Counted from the first letter of the stretch, positions 1 to 9,968 are shown. The stretch is DNA of 64,000 nucleotides from Candidatus Micrarchaeia archaeon (GCA_038871515.1 JAVZHX010000002.1:141815-205814); one strand, 5' to 3'. Numbers and translations: made by a program. Notes: a model not told the origin generated them from the letters alone.

Positions 1-643
1 CCAAGTTATCCTCAACAGCTTTGGAACGGCACTCGCAAGCCTTCCCAAGCTTTCTCAGTTCATTCACCTTCTCCTTCTCACAGCTGCATACGTATGCATC
101 TCCTTGGGTTATCAACTGCTTTGCGAACTTGTAGAATTCAGGCATCTTATCTGAGGAGTATAACTCCCTTTCAAACTTCATCCCAAGCCACTCCAAATCC
201 TCCTTTATTGAATCAACAAACTCCTGTCTTTCGGTTTCCGGGTTCGTGTCATCAAAGCGCAGGATGCATTTCCCTTCATACTCCCTTGCTGCCTCATAAG
301 AGAGAAAAGCTGCTTTTGCGTGTCCAAGATGCAGAAAGCCATTCGGCTCAGGAAGAAACCTTGTGATAACCTTTCCTTTCTCCGCATCCTCCAGAATAAT
401 TTTTCTCTCCTCCTCCTTTTTTTCTTCAAAACTGAATTTTGAAAGCTCCTTCTCAATTTGCTCCTTTTTCATTTTATTCACTTTCGCAACAACTTTCTCA
501 ATGAGCTGCATCGTGCTTTTCATATCTGCTTTTGCTTCAGGCGCCTCTGCTATAACCTTGCCGACAACTGCTTTAACCTGCGCTTCCCCGTATTCCGCAG
601 CATTCTTCAAAGCGTGCTTTAAAACAACCTCTTCAAGCTTCAT
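1..643 (-). CDS. gltX: glutamyl-tRNA synthetase, N-terminal portion (gene continues beyond window start)
   Basis: Reverse-strand reading frame from ATG at about 641-643 stays open to position 1 (not in ORF track because truncated). Translation MKLEEVVLKHALKNAAEYGEAQVKAVVGKV...KGKVITRFLPEPNGFLHLGHAKAAFLSYEAAREYEGKCILRFDDTNPE carries the class-I aaRS HIGH motif (HLGH) in a GluRS/GlnRS-like context. Archaea lack GlnRS, hence GluRS. Confidence 0.6.
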   Translation of the reverse strand, partial: MKLEEVVLKHALKNAAEYGEAQVKAVVGKVIAEAPEAKADMKSTMQLIEKVVAKVNKMKKEQIEKELSKFSFEEKKEEERKIILEDAEKGKVITRFLPEPNGFLHLGHAKAAFLSYEAAREYEGKCILRFDDTNPETERQEFVDSIKEDLEWLGMKFERELYSSDKMPEFYKFAKQLITQGDAYVCSCEKEKVNELRKLGKACECRSKAVEDNL

Positions 644-713
644 ACTTCACACCTATCGATATTTTATCATAATAAAGTAAATACTTTGTGCCGAGCAGTA
701 TAATAAATATTGG

Positions 714-1652
714 ATGTGTAATTTAAGCATGGAGAAACTGCGTGAGCCAAAGGATGAGGTGGAGGGAAAAATAAAGAAGTTTGTCAGAAGTTCTTTTGAT
801 GAGAAAGTTGCAAGCAAAGATGCTGTGAAGGATTTTTATGCAGAAGCTATTCGTATTTCTGGAATTGTGAGGGAAATCAATAGAAGCAACAAACCAATCA
901 AAATTGTTGATGTGGGCGGAGGAGGGGGTAGAATCGGAAAGATTTTGGATGAGTATGTGGAGAAGGGGATTGTCAAAAAGCAGTTTGATTACATTGTTGT
1001 TGATATAAGCAGAGCTGAGCTGGAAAAAGGAAGTAGCAAGTTCAGAATTGTTGGCGATATGATGGATATACCTCTCAGGGATGAACAGATGGATTTTGTG
1101 TTCTTGCTGAACATGCCAAGCGCGGCTGGGGTTATGAAAGATTACATAAGGAAACTTAAGCCTGTAAACCAAGCAGAAGCAGCAGAGAATAGAGAAGTGT
1201 TAAAAATGCTTGAAATAGCAACTGGGAATATCGATTTCTTGAATTACCTTGAAGGAGTTAGGGTGCTCAAGAAAAACGGGGTGTTCGTATCTGGTTTGCC
1301 AACTCACGGGGGTTTAGAAAAGAGTGGTTTGGAGGGGAGATTGAGGTTGATTAGGGATATGTTTATGGAGAGAGGTGTAAAACTTGGTGAAATTCCGCTG
1401 CGCAGAGTTGATTACGAAGTTCTGTGGATGGATTGGGGAGTTGTTAACTTATGGAGGGATTATGGTTTGGATATAAAGCAACCTGTTTTTTATATTGAAT
1501 CGCTTAGAAGGACTGGCGATATTGACGCGTGGGTGAAAGCTCTTCGCGAGAACCTTGATTTCGTTTTGAATGAACTTTCAAAAAACAAGAGATTCTGGGA
1601 AATTGTTAAGAGGATGGAAGAAGCTAATCAACTCCAGGAACACCAAGCTTAG
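714..1652 (+). CDS. class I SAM-dependent methyltransferase (probable)
   Basis: 312-aa ORF with glycine-rich SAM-binding motif I (IVDVGGGGGRIGKILD) followed by acidic motif-II-like VVDISRAEL. True start may be the internal Met at about 729 (MEKLREP). Confidence 0.5.
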   Translation: MCNLSMEKLREPKDEVEGKIKKFVRSSFDEKVASKDAVKDFYAEAIRISGIVREINRSNKPIKIVDVGGGGGRIGKILDEYVEKGIVKKQFDYIVVDISRAELEKGSSKFRIVGDMMDIPLRDEQMDFVFLLNMPSAAGVMKDYIRKLKPVNQAEAAENREVLKMLEIATGNIDFLNYLEGVRVLKKNGVFVSGLPTHGGLEKSGLEGRLRLIRDMFMERGVKLGEIPLRRVDYEVLWMDWGVVNLWRDYGLDIKQPVFYIESLRRTGDIDAWVKALRENLDFVLNELSKNKRFWEIVKRMEEANQLQEHQA

Positions 1653-2670
1653 TTTCAAACGCCTCACATCCCAATCTTTTGTATATTTGAATGAGAGAGG
1701 ATGGGTTTTTTGCAAGTATTATCACGCAACCTCCCCCTCCCGCGCCAGTTATTTTTGCACCAAGCGCTCCTTTCTTTCTGGCAGTTTCAATTATTCTATC
1801 TATTTGTGGGGTGGATAAACCAAGTTCAATAAAGCACTCCTGCGCAGCATTCATATTCCCCCCAAGCTTTTCAAGGTTGGATTCTCTCAATGCATCAATT
1901 CCATTCAAAGCAGTTTCCTCCATCCTGTCAAAAATCTTCTCTGTCCCTTCCCTATCTTTTTTATATCTTTCAGCAACCCTCTGAATCATCTCACCAGTAT
2001 CCTTAACCGAGCCTGTGTTCACAATTAGAATAGGAACTTCCGTTTTTATCTGAAGTAATTTCACCCCCTCGCTTCTTCTGAATGAAATGTAACCGCCAAA
2101 GGTGCACGTGTTTGCATCAAGCCCGCTTGGGTTGCCGTGCACAACCTTGTCGCCCAAATTCGTCAGCTCTGCTACCTGATTTTTGCTCAGCGCAGTATGA
2201 AAGAAGTTGTTGAGCTCTCCTACAAGGGAGCAGAAAACAGCCGCGCTTGAGCCGAGCCCTGAGTTGCGTGGCACATCTGAGTGAATTGAAACCTCAATTG
2301 GGGAGCAGCCAAACTCGGAGAAAAACTCCCCCAGAATCACCTTGTAGGGTGAGAAAATATCCCTTCTCTCCTTGCTCAAACCAGCCATATCTCCTTTTTC
2401 AATCATTCCCTTAACTCTCGCATGTGATGAGGTTATCTCGTTGAAGTTGAATTTCTCCTTCTTTTTGAAATCAATTAGATTAATTGTAACTCCATCATCT
2501 GCTTTTTTTATCTCACAAAAAGCCCTTCTGTCAAATGCAACTGAAAGGGCAAGCCTGTTGTAAACAACCGCATGCTCGCCGAAAAGCTTCAAACTGCCCG
2601 GAGCAGATGCCATAAGTGAATTATGCGATGAATTATTAATATTACTCTTGCTGAGTTTATACAAAGACAA
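1624..2670 (-). CDS. mvk: mevalonate kinase (GHMP kinase family)
   Basis: MASAPGSLKLFGEHAVVYN matches the MVK N-terminal motif. PRNSGLGSSAA is the GHMP ATP-binding motif. Real start probably the internal Met (MASAPG) near 2613. Confidence 0.85.
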   Translation of the reverse strand: MSLYKLSKSNINNSSHNSLMASAPGSLKLFGEHAVVYNRLALSVAFDRRAFCEIKKADDGVTINLIDFKKKEKFNFNEITSSHARVKGMIEKGDMAGLSKERRDIFSPYKVILGEFFSEFGCSPIEVSIHSDVPRNSGLGSSAAVFCSLVGELNNFFHTALSKNQVAELTNLGDKVVHGNPSGLDANTCTFGGYISFRRSEGVKLLQIKTEVPILIVNTGSVKDTGEMIQRVAERYKKDREGTEKIFDRMEETALNGIDALRESNLEKLGGNMNAAQECFIELGLSTPQIDRIIETARKKGALGAKITGAGGGGCVIILAKNPSSLIQIYKRLGCEAFETKLGVPGVD

Positions 2671-2720
2671 TCAGTATAAGTTTTTAAATGAAAAACGCGT
2701 AAATTATTTGGTGGTTTAGC

Positions 2721-3143
2721 ATGGGGAACGCAGAGAAGGTAAAACATGAAGTTTGCTGCGGTGGTACTTTTCTTTTTCAGGAGAAAGGGAAACTTGGAGT
2801 GTACAGTGGGATGAGGGAGAAAGAGGATGCTAAAATTAAGATAACTTTGAGCGTTGGTAAGATGGATGAGTGGCTAGTTGTTGATGTGACAGAGAAAGGG
2901 GAGAGGGGGCACTTCAGCATACACGCAAACAGAAGCGAAAGAGGGAAGGAAAGGTTGTTCGGGGAGAGAGTTGTTTCAGCAAATGTTAATGGGTTTGATC
3001 TGTTGAAGGAGTTGCCTGACCTGCAGGTGGCAGTTGATGAGATACGGAGAAGGGAGAAGGAGAGGCTGCCGCAGTATGCGATTTTCCCTGATGAGCATCC
3101 GGCGGTTGTTGGTTCAGATATAAAGTTTCGTCCGTTGAAGTAG
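2721..3143 (+). CDS. hypothetical protein (140 aa)
   Basis: ORF fills the gap between the divergent mvk and nitroreductase genes and is preceded by an AT-rich region. No recognisable motif. Confidence 0.3.
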   Translation: MGNAEKVKHEVCCGGTFLFQEKGKLGVYSGMREKEDAKIKITLSVGKMDEWLVVDVTEKGERGHFSIHANRSERGKERLFGERVVSANVNGFDLLKELPDLQVAVDEIRRREKERLPQYAIFPDEHPAVVGSDIKFRPLK

Positions 3144-3151
3144 GTGGTTTT

Positions 3152-3673
3152 GTGGAATTCTTTGAAGTTCTTAAAAACAGGCATTCAGTAAGAAAATTCA
3201 AGGATATGCCTGTTGAGGAGGAGAAGCTTCAAAAAATTCTGGAGGCTGCAAACTCAGCTCCCTCTGCTGGTGACTTACAAGCCTATGAGATAGTTGTTGT
3301 GAGGGATAAGGAAAGAAAGAATAAACTTGTGAGCGCAGCGTATGAGCAGGAGTTCATCGCAAAAGCACCTGTTGTTTTAGTTTTCGTAGCCCACCCAGAA
3401 AGGTCTTCAAGAAGGTATGGGAGGAGAGGCGCTGAGCTTTACTGCATTCAGGATGCGACAATCGCAACTGCGTATGCACAGCTTGCTGCAACCGCGCTCG
3501 GTTTGAGCTGTGTTTGGGTTGGTGCTTTTGATGAGAAGGAAGTTGCGAAAGTAATTAACGCAAAAGAAAACCTCAAACCAGTTTCCATGTTGCCAATTGG
3601 GTACGCAGATGAGCAACCAAGAGCAACACCGAGAAGAGGAGTTGAGGAGTTGGTTCACGAAGAGAAGTTATAA
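3152..3673 (+). CDS. nitroreductase-family flavoprotein
   Basis: NRHSVRKF near the N-terminus, SAGNLQ-like (SAGDLQAYE) and typical approximately 170-aa size of the NADH oxidase/nitroreductase fold. Confidence 0.8.
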   Translation: MEFFEVLKNRHSVRKFKDMPVEEEKLQKILEAANSAPSAGDLQAYEIVVVRDKERKNKLVSAAYEQEFIAKAPVVLVFVAHPERSSRRYGRRGAELYCIQDATIATAYAQLAATALGLSCVWVGAFDEKEVAKVINAKENLKPVSMLPIGYADEQPRATPRRGVEELVHEEKL

Positions 3674-4926
3674 TTCCAGCTCTCGCATAGTTTCACGATA
3701 GAGTTTGAAACAAACTCCAAATCCTTTACTCTCACAAACTCATCCTTTCCATGAACGTTGCTGTCATCCGCGATTGGTCCGAAGCAGATGGAGGGGATTC
3801 CTCTTTTTACGAAGAAATGCGCATCTGTTCCTCCAAGAGTTCCGTATGCTTTTCTCTCGCCTGTTGCTTTCTTCATCATTTCAACAAAAGGATGAGTTTC
3901 AGGCAAGGAGTAGCCTTCTGATTTTTCAATTAAATCAAATTTTGCTTTACTTTTATCTGCAAGGTATTTTCTGAGATCAGCAACAGCGGATTGGAGGGTT
4001 TCTTCTGGAATTGTCCTCAAGTCAAAGACAATCTCGCACCTCCCTTCGCCACCCATATTTCTCTTCAGCAAAGGAAGTGCTTTCTCTATTGGGTTGACTG
4101 CAAGATGAGGGTAACCCGCATGCCCTTGCCTGCCTTTTATGACTAACTGCTTCCTACCGCGCAACTTCACGCGAAGCTCTCCAGGTATTATGTTTGATTT
4201 CACTCCTGCTTTTGCGTATTCAACTGCACCGCAGGAGAGATTTAACATGGTGACTGAAATTCTTCCCCATATCCTTCTTTTTGTGGATGCGCTTATAAGG
4301 GAGGAAACAACTCTTCCTCTCACTTTTGAATAATTAATCACATCTGAAAGCAAAGATACAATTTCGGTGGATTTTCCTCTCATAGCTATTCTTCCAGCAA
4401 CTCTTCCGCTTGAGCCAATATAAACCCTTGGTCCTGCGTCTATGAGGATTGCTACATCTCCGTTAACAATAAACTCGCCTCTCTTTTTCAACTTCATCAA
4501 AAAACCAATCCCATCCTCCCCTCCAACCTCCTCATCGCATGTGACAAGAAGCTTGACATTCACTTTTGATGAGTTTCTTTTTTTTAGAGTTTCAAGAGCA
4601 GAAAGAGCAGAAAGAATCCCTCCCTTATCATCAGCAGCTCCCCTCCCATATAACTTTCCATTTTTAATTGTCAGCTTGAAAGGTGGGTATTTCCATCCCT
4701 CACCAGCTGGAACAACATCGTAGTGAGTTGCGAGAAGTAGAGTGGGTTTTTCTGGTGCTTGAAGCGAGATTATGAGGTTTGGTTTTCTGTTTGAACGATA
4801 CACATCCACTCCTAAACCAATTCTCTCAGCTTCTTTCTTTATCAGCTCAGCGCACTCCCCATAGTTGCTTTTCCTTTCGGAATTAGTGTTGAGCTCAACA
4901 AGCTCTGCAAGAAATTTAAGGTTCAT
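3655..4926 (-). CDS. M20-family metallopeptidase (ArgE/DapE/acetylornithine deacetylase-like)
   Basis: LLLATHYDVVPAGEGWKYPPF, GRGAADDKGG and LLVTCDEEVGGEDG are the metal-ligand/catalytic blocks of peptidase family M20. Confidence 0.75.
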   Translation of the reverse strand: MNLKFLAELVELNTNSERKSNYGECAELIKKEAERIGLGVDVYRSNRKPNLIISLQAPEKPTLLLATHYDVVPAGEGWKYPPFKLTIKNGKLYGRGAADDKGGILSALSALETLKKRNSSKVNVKLLVTCDEEVGGEDGIGFLMKLKKRGEFIVNGDVAILIDAGPRVYIGSSGRVAGRIAMRGKSTEIVSLLSDVINYSKVRGRVVSSLISASTKRRIWGRISVTMLNLSCGAVEYAKAGVKSNIIPGELRVKLRGRKQLVIKGRQGHAGYPHLAVNPIEKALPLLKRNMGGEGRCEIVFDLRTIPEETLQSAVADLRKYLADKSKAKFDLIEKSEGYSLPETHPFVEMMKKATGERKAYGTLGGTDAHFFVKRGIPSICFGPIADDSNVHGKDEFVRVKDLEFVSNSIVKLCESWNYNFSS

Positions 4927-6973
4927 TCTTCTCCTCCAGAACTTTTAGTGCTTCCTTCGCTTTCTCTATTTTTCTTTTGTTCTCCTCTATAGCTTTTGAA
5001 TCATCCCTTATGAATTCATTCAACACATCCTGGCTGGCTGAGCCGAAGTGGCGTGGTTCGTTGAGCTTCTTCCTCCACACCTGTATTCTGCTTGAAAGCT
5101 TTTCATTTGATTCAGTCATTTCAGCAATTTCCTCTTTTAAAGTGCGTTCAAGCACCTCGGGGTTTATTCTTCCTATCAGCTCCTTCTTTTCTGGAACTCC
5201 TTTCCCAACCCACTCATCAAGCATTTCTCTCACTTTTTTCTTTGTGCTCCTAAGCGCATCCACGTAATTGGCAACTTCCTCAGCTTCTTTCTGCATTCCC
5301 GCATTTTCCAGCTTAGCAACAAGCTCACTTGCTGGGAGGGTTTTTAGCATTTCATCAACAACCTCTGCAAAGTTTCTTCCCTCCTTTAACTTGTGGGAGA
5401 ATTGAGATGGTATGTCAAACTCTCTCCTTACTTTTTCTATATAGTAACCGGCATTATGAGTTACCGTTTTGAATGATGCACTTTTCACCCCGTGCTCCTT
5501 CAGAGCTTCTATCACCGAAAGGTAAGAAAGAAACCGCTTATCACCTTCAAGGAGCTGGGGGTATTTGAATGAAAGCAGATCGGTATCAGGGTAGAAAAAC
5601 TGCTGGGTTTTTTGTAGTGTTTCGAACTCCTTTCTGCTTCTAACATGCTCGCTCAGAATGGAGGAGAATTCTTTTGTTAGGAGGACTGATGCTCTATCTC
5701 CTTTCACTTTTATAACTGCGTCGTCCTTTACATTTATTGCAAAGAAACCAGCCATCCCAAGTATTTCTATTCCATCAACCTTTTCATCAACCATCCCAAA
5801 TTCAAGAAGGCGGAGTTTTTCAGAGATTTTTTTACTCAACTTCTCAGATGGCTCGTGAGTTTTTTTCTTTTGCTCAACAGCAATCTCTAACCCATATCTT
5901 GCGATGGTATCCTGCACCTTTTTCAAGCTTACAGATTCAAGAAGTTGTTCAAGCACCACTTGAGGCGCCTCTACCACTTTCAGCAACTGCGATGCAATCC
6001 AATTCTGCTCAACAAGCTTTTCGGCAGTTTCCTTCAGTTCACCAGTAGTTTTTCCACTCAGTTCACTTACACTGATTTTTGTTTCTGAAAGCGCAGCAAG
6101 CAGTGAGGGAAGGCTGCGTAGCTTCTCCTCACTGAGCTTTGGGTTATTTTGAACTTCCTCACAAATCTCCTTTACTGTTTTTCTACCCACGTGAGCTGAG
6201 AATTTTGAAAATTCGCTCTGCTCCAAAAAAACCTTCGCTTCATTTTTATCAATCTGCATAACCAAAAAAGGAGCAGCTACGACTCCAATTCCTCTGTTTC
6301 CATGAATGTTAACCCTTTCTCCGTTGGGTGTGGTGAGCACCTTGAAAACCTCGTATTCACTTATCTCTTTTAGCTGTTGAGCCAACTCCTTCTCAAAAAG
6401 CACCCACTCAAGCTGTGATCTGAAATCTAGTTGTTTTTTGACTTCGGGAGTGGGAAGTTTATTTTTCTCATATCTCTCGCGCGCTTCTGCAACAGCAACC
6501 GGCCCGTATTCACTTATCAAATATGCTTCATTGCGAAACGTGCTTTTGAGCGATGAGATAATATCATGCTGCGCTTCCAGATTCATTTTAACCTCAAGAA
6601 GTTTCTCAAGGGATGAGCGGTTTACCTCTTGTATTGAAATCCCGCAGTTTGATAATGCTTTGAAGATTGGTGTGTAATCGCCAAGAATTTTCTCATCTGG
6701 CTTGCGCAGCTCTTCCTTTATAAGATGTGGTTGTTTTGACTTTTCATATAAAGCAGAGTATAATCCCTCGGAGAGCCAAACCTCTGCTTTTCTTCCATCA
6801 ACTTTAACGCAAACTCTGTCTGAGATTATAGCGCCGACTCCGTTAATGCCAAAAACGTGAACAGAGTTATAAAAGTGAGCTTGCCTCCTTATATCATCTA
6901 CGGCAAGGGTAAGCTTCACAGTCATGAGCTCGCGTTCTGCTCTTTTTGCTTCCTCCTGCTTTTCAATTGCCAT
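4916..6973 (-). CDS. conserved hypothetical protein, 685 aa, coiled-coil rich
   Basis: Long uninterrupted ORF with strongly biased third positions. 11-nt overlap with the downstream M20 peptidase gene suggests an operon. No recognisable catalytic motif. Confidence 0.5.
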   Translation of the reverse strand: MAIEKQEEAKRAERELMTVKLTLAVDDIRRQAHFYNSVHVFGINGVGAIISDRVCVKVDGRKAEVWLSEGLYSALYEKSKQPHLIKEELRKPDEKILGDYTPIFKALSNCGISIQEVNRSSLEKLLEVKMNLEAQHDIISSLKSTFRNEAYLISEYGPVAVAEARERYEKNKLPTPEVKKQLDFRSQLEWVLFEKELAQQLKEISEYEVFKVLTTPNGERVNIHGNRGIGVVAAPFLVMQIDKNEAKVFLEQSEFSKFSAHVGRKTVKEICEEVQNNPKLSEEKLRSLPSLLAALSETKISVSELSGKTTGELKETAEKLVEQNWIASQLLKVVEAPQVVLEQLLESVSLKKVQDTIARYGLEIAVEQKKKTHEPSEKLSKKISEKLRLLEFGMVDEKVDGIEILGMAGFFAINVKDDAVIKVKGDRASVLLTKEFSSILSEHVRSRKEFETLQKTQQFFYPDTDLLSFKYPQLLEGDKRFLSYLSVIEALKEHGVKSASFKTVTHNAGYYIEKVRREFDIPSQFSHKLKEGRNFAEVVDEMLKTLPASELVAKLENAGMQKEAEEVANYVDALRSTKKKVREMLDEWVGKGVPEKKELIGRINPEVLERTLKEEIAEMTESNEKLSSRIQVWRKKLNEPRHFGSASQDVLNEFIRDDSKAIEENKRKIEKAKEALKVLEEKNEP

Positions 6974-7005
6974 AGGTGAATTTGCTCATTTTAAGTATAA
7001 AAACA

Positions 7006-7527
7006 TCAGTGTATGACAATCTCCCTCACTCCCTTAACATTCCTAAGTTTGTTTATGGTTGCTCCATCAAGCTTCTTCTCAAGTATTAAGGTGAGCTTTG
7101 GCTCAGGATAGATGTCTGGGTCGTCTGCAACAATCTGTCTTATCACTATTCCTCTATCTGCGATTATGCTTGCAACGCTGGCAACAATTCCCTTCTGGTG
7201 TGGCTCGGCGTGTATTTCTATGCTTTCAAAACCAAGTTTATCTGCAACTTTTCCTATAAAAGCAGTTGGGAGCAGCTGGGAGAATATGCCATAGAGCTTG
7301 TCATCCTCTGCAATCATCTTCCCCGTTTCAATCACAACTCTTCTGTCAACTCCAAGCGCGCGGGCGAATTTTGCAGGGGAAATTTCTATCTCAGCGCAGA
7401 ATATTCTTCCTTTTTCATCCACTCTTAACCCATACTTCAGCATTGTTTCCGCAACTTTTCTCTTGCCAGGTGACTCCTCAAACGCCTTCTCAAGCAAAGG
7501 GTACATAATGTATATTTTTATACACAA
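7006..7527 (-). CDS. ACT-domain regulatory protein (COG2150-like predicted regulator of amino-acid metabolism)
   Basis: About 170-aa protein whose C-terminal half (GIVASVASIIADRGIVIRQIVADD...LTLILEKKLDGATINKLRNVKGVREI) has the ACT beta-alpha-beta-beta-alpha-beta pattern. Divergent from trpB2. Probable start at MYPLLEKA (about 7506). Confidence 0.5.
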   Translation of the reverse strand: MCIKIYIMYPLLEKAFEESPGKRKVAETMLKYGLRVDEKGRIFCAEIEISPAKFARALGVDRRVVIETGKMIAEDDKLYGIFSQLLPTAFIGKVADKLGFESIEIHAEPHQKGIVASVASIIADRGIVIRQIVADDPDIYPEPKLTLILEKKLDGATINKLRNVKGVREIVIH

Positions 7528-7583
7528 AAGTTTAAAAATGTGTATTGCTCCAATCTACCTGCTTGGGGTGATTTGAATGAAAG
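7528..7583. promoter_or_regulatory. divergent intergenic promoter region (ACT regulator <-> trpB2)
   Basis: 56-nt AT-rich spacer (tatatttttatacacaaaagtttaaaaatgtg) between divergently transcribed genes, with TATA-like elements on both strands. Confidence 0.3.
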
Positions 7584-8885
7584 GTGGATGTCTTTGGGGA
7601 AGTGAAGCTTGTTCTTGAGCAGGAGGAGCTGCCGCGCTACTACTGCAACATACTGCCCTTTCTCCCAAAACCTCTGAAACCACCTCTGAACCCTGCGACA
7701 AAGCAACCTGTTAAGCCAGAGGAGCTGATGAGAATTTTCACAAAGGAGGGAGTGAGGCAGGAGATGTGCCTTGATGAGAGAGTTGCAATTCCAGAGGAGG
7801 TTAGAGAAGCGTACCTTCGGTTGGGAAGGCCAACTCCACTCTACAGAGCAAGAAGGCTTGAAAGATTTCTGAAAACAAAAGCAAGAATATATTACAAAAG
7901 GGAGGATGTGAATCCGTGTGGCTCACACAAACCAAATACTGCCGTTGCGCAGGCGTACTATGCCGCAAAAGAAGGAGTTGAGAAGCTTGCTACGGAAACA
8001 GGCGCGGGGCAGTGGGGCACAGCTCTGAGTTACGCGTGCATGCTGTTCGATTTGAAGTGCGAAGTTTTTATGACGAGAAGCAGTTACGACAGCAAGCCGT
8101 ACAGAAGAACTCTTATTGAGCTTTTTGGAGGGGAGGTTCATCCTTCACCAAGCAGTATAACTGAGACAGGAAGGAGTTTCCTCAAGCAGATGCCTGATCA
8201 CCCGGGAAGTTTGGGAGTTGCAATAAGCGAGGCAATTGAAGTAACTCTGAAGGAGGAGAGCACAAGGTATTCATTGGGCAGTGTGCTGAACCATGTGTTG
8301 CTTCACCAAACGATAATTGGAGAGGAAACAATGCTGCAGTTCAAGAAAATTGATACAATACCAGATTTGATGGTGGGTTGCATAGGTGGGGGGAGCAACT
8401 TCGCTGGGTTCGCCTATCCTTTTGTAAAAGAGAAGCTGATGGGAAAGTCGGAAACAAGCTTTCTTGCAGTTGAGCCAGAGGCAGTTCCATCAACAACGAA
8501 AGGAGAGTACAGATATGATTATGGGGATTCGGCTGAGCTGACTCCGCTTATAGAGATGTACACGCTTGGACATAAATTCATTCCACCAAAGATACATGCG
8601 GCTGGTTTAAGATATCACGGTAAAGCTCCATCTCTCAGTTTATTAATAAAGGAGGGAGTTGTAAGCTCTGTTGCATACAATCAAAATGAGGTTTTTGAGG
8701 CAGCGCGCATATTTGCAAAAACAGAGGGTATTGTTCCAGCTCCTGAAACTGCACATGCAATAAAAGCAGTTATTGATGAAGCAAGAAAGTGCAGGGAAGG
8801 AAAGATAATTGCGTTTAACTTCTCTGGGCATGGGTTGCTTGACTTGGGTGGCTATCACGAGTTTCTTTGGCGTGAGCGAGAATGA
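7584..8885 (+). CDS. trpB: tryptophan synthase beta-chain-like PLP enzyme, TrpB2 type
   Basis: [22 protein letters not shown] (PLP-lysine motif in the TrpB2 variant form), [17 protein letters not shown] glycine loop, approximately 430-aa length typical of stand-alone TrpB2. Confidence 0.85.
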   Translation: MDVFGEVKLVLEQEELPRYYCNILPFLPKPLKPPLNPATKQPVKPEELMRIFTKEGVRQEMCLDERVAIPEEVREAYLRLGRPTPLYRARRLERFLKTKARIYYKREDVNPCGSHKPNTAVAQAYYAAKEGVEKLATETGAGQWGTALSYACMLFDLKCEVFMTRSSYDSKPYRRTLIELFGGEVHPSPSSITETGRSFLKQMPDHPGSLGVAISEAIEVTLKEESTRYSLGSVLNHVLLHQTIIGEETMLQFKKIDTIPDLMVGCIGGGSNFAGFAYPFVKEKLMGKSETSFLAVEPEAVPSTTKGEYRYDYGDSAELTPLIEMYTLGHKFIPPKIHAAGLRYHGKAPSLSLLIKEGVVSSVAYNQNEVFEAARIFAKTEGIVPAPETAHAIKAVIDEARKCREGKIIAFNFSGHGLLDLGGYHEFLWRERE

Positions 8886-8886
8886 A

Positions 8887-9291
8887 GTGAGAATACTTTT
8901 TATCTCTGAGCTGAAAGCACATGAGCTGCCAGATAAGAGAAGAGTTAAGGAGCTTGAGGAGGATATGAGGAGGAGAGGAATTTTGCTCAAGCCAATTATT
9001 GTGGATAGGAAAACAAAGATTATCATAGATGGGCATTGCAGATGTGATGCACTGAGAAGAGTTGGTTGCAGAAAAGTTGCCGTGAGGTTTGTTGACTATC
9101 TATCTGAAAAGATAGCTGTGGAGGGATGGAATGGGGAGAAAGTTAACAAAAAAGATGTTTTGGAAGCGGGGATGAGTGGTGTTCTTATGAAACCAAAAAC
9201 AACACGGCATATTGTCAGAGTTGGTGAAAAATTTTTGCACATATCCGAAATTTATGGGGAGGCGCCTGTTTCGCTGAGCAAGCTCATCTGA
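8887..9291 (+). CDS. ParB/sulfiredoxin-like nuclease-domain protein
   Basis: ISELKAHELP...KPIIVDRKTKIIIDGHCRCDAL resembles the ParB N-terminal/Srx fold signature ((I/V)DGHHR-like). Likely GTG start at about 8887 immediately after the trpB2 stop (ORF track frame opens at 8809), implying translational coupling. Confidence 0.45.
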   Translation: MRILFISELKAHELPDKRRVKELEEDMRRRGILLKPIIVDRKTKIIIDGHCRCDALRRVGCRKVAVRFVDYLSEKIAVEGWNGEKVNKKDVLEAGMSGVLMKPKTTRHIVRVGEKFLHISEIYGEAPVSLSKLI

Positions 9292-9880
9292 ATTTTGTGA
9301 ATGAGAACCAGGCTGCCCTTTCAAGCTCTCCCTCACCAAAGCAGAGCAGCACCATATCGCCATCCCTCAGTTGAAATTTTTCAATTATTGCGGAGGTTGC
9401 TTTGTGGTATTCGCTCTGCACCTCACCCCCAGAATCTACGAATAAAAATTTGCCTTTTCTGAAAGAGAGCAGCGTTATGCCGTCTGCTCCCATTTTCACC
9501 GCACAATCCCTCACCTCAAGAACGCGCGGTGATTTTATTCCCCTTATGAGAATCGCGAAGGTTTTTTTGTTCATTGTCAGAGAGGTGGGGGGGAGATAAC
9601 CAACATCAACAGCATGTTTTTTTAATTCCTTAAGAACTCTGAAACCATTCTCAGTTAACTTGTATCCCATAGGGGTGGTATCAACAAGCCCCTCATTCTT
9701 CAACAATTTCAAAATACTTCTTGTGCTCCACTCCCCTATTCCCAACTCCCTGCTGAGCCTTGCACGCCCTTTCCTTGTATCAAGCTTCCAGAGAGCTCGG
9801 AGTATGTCAATTGGAAGGAATGAGGGGTAAGGGCCGAACCTCTTTTTTTTCACTCTTTCAAGCAGTTTGAGTGGTTGCAT
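9284..9880 (-). CDS. winged-helix DNA-binding protein with C-terminal ligand-like domain
   Basis: ARLSRELGIGEWSTRSILKLLKNEGLVDTTPMGYKLTENG is a wHTH recognition unit. Followed by an approximately 110-aa uncharacterised domain. Confidence 0.4.
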   Translation of the reverse strand: MQPLKLLERVKKKRFGPYPSFLPIDILRALWKLDTRKGRARLSRELGIGEWSTRSILKLLKNEGLVDTTPMGYKLTENGFRVLKELKKHAVDVGYLPPTSLTMNKKTFAILIRGIKSPRVLEVRDCAVKMGADGITLLSFRKGKFLFVDSGGEVQSEYHKATSAIIEKFQLRDGDMVLLCFGEGELERAAWFSFTKFR

Positions 9881-9968
9881 ATCTCACCTCGTTTTATTTA
9901 AAAGGTTGGATGAATTCACCAACTTATATAAAGCTGGATGAATTAAAAGCTTTGCTTGAGGTGAGCTG

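Noticed and set aside
8809-8886. ORF-track start of the ParB-like gene at 8809 (MRLTSLG...) overlapping the trpB2 3-prime end
   Set aside because: The first 26 codons overlap trpB2 in another frame and look non-native (Trp/Cys-rich). An in-frame GTG right after the trpB2 stop gives a sensible N-terminus (VRILFISELK).
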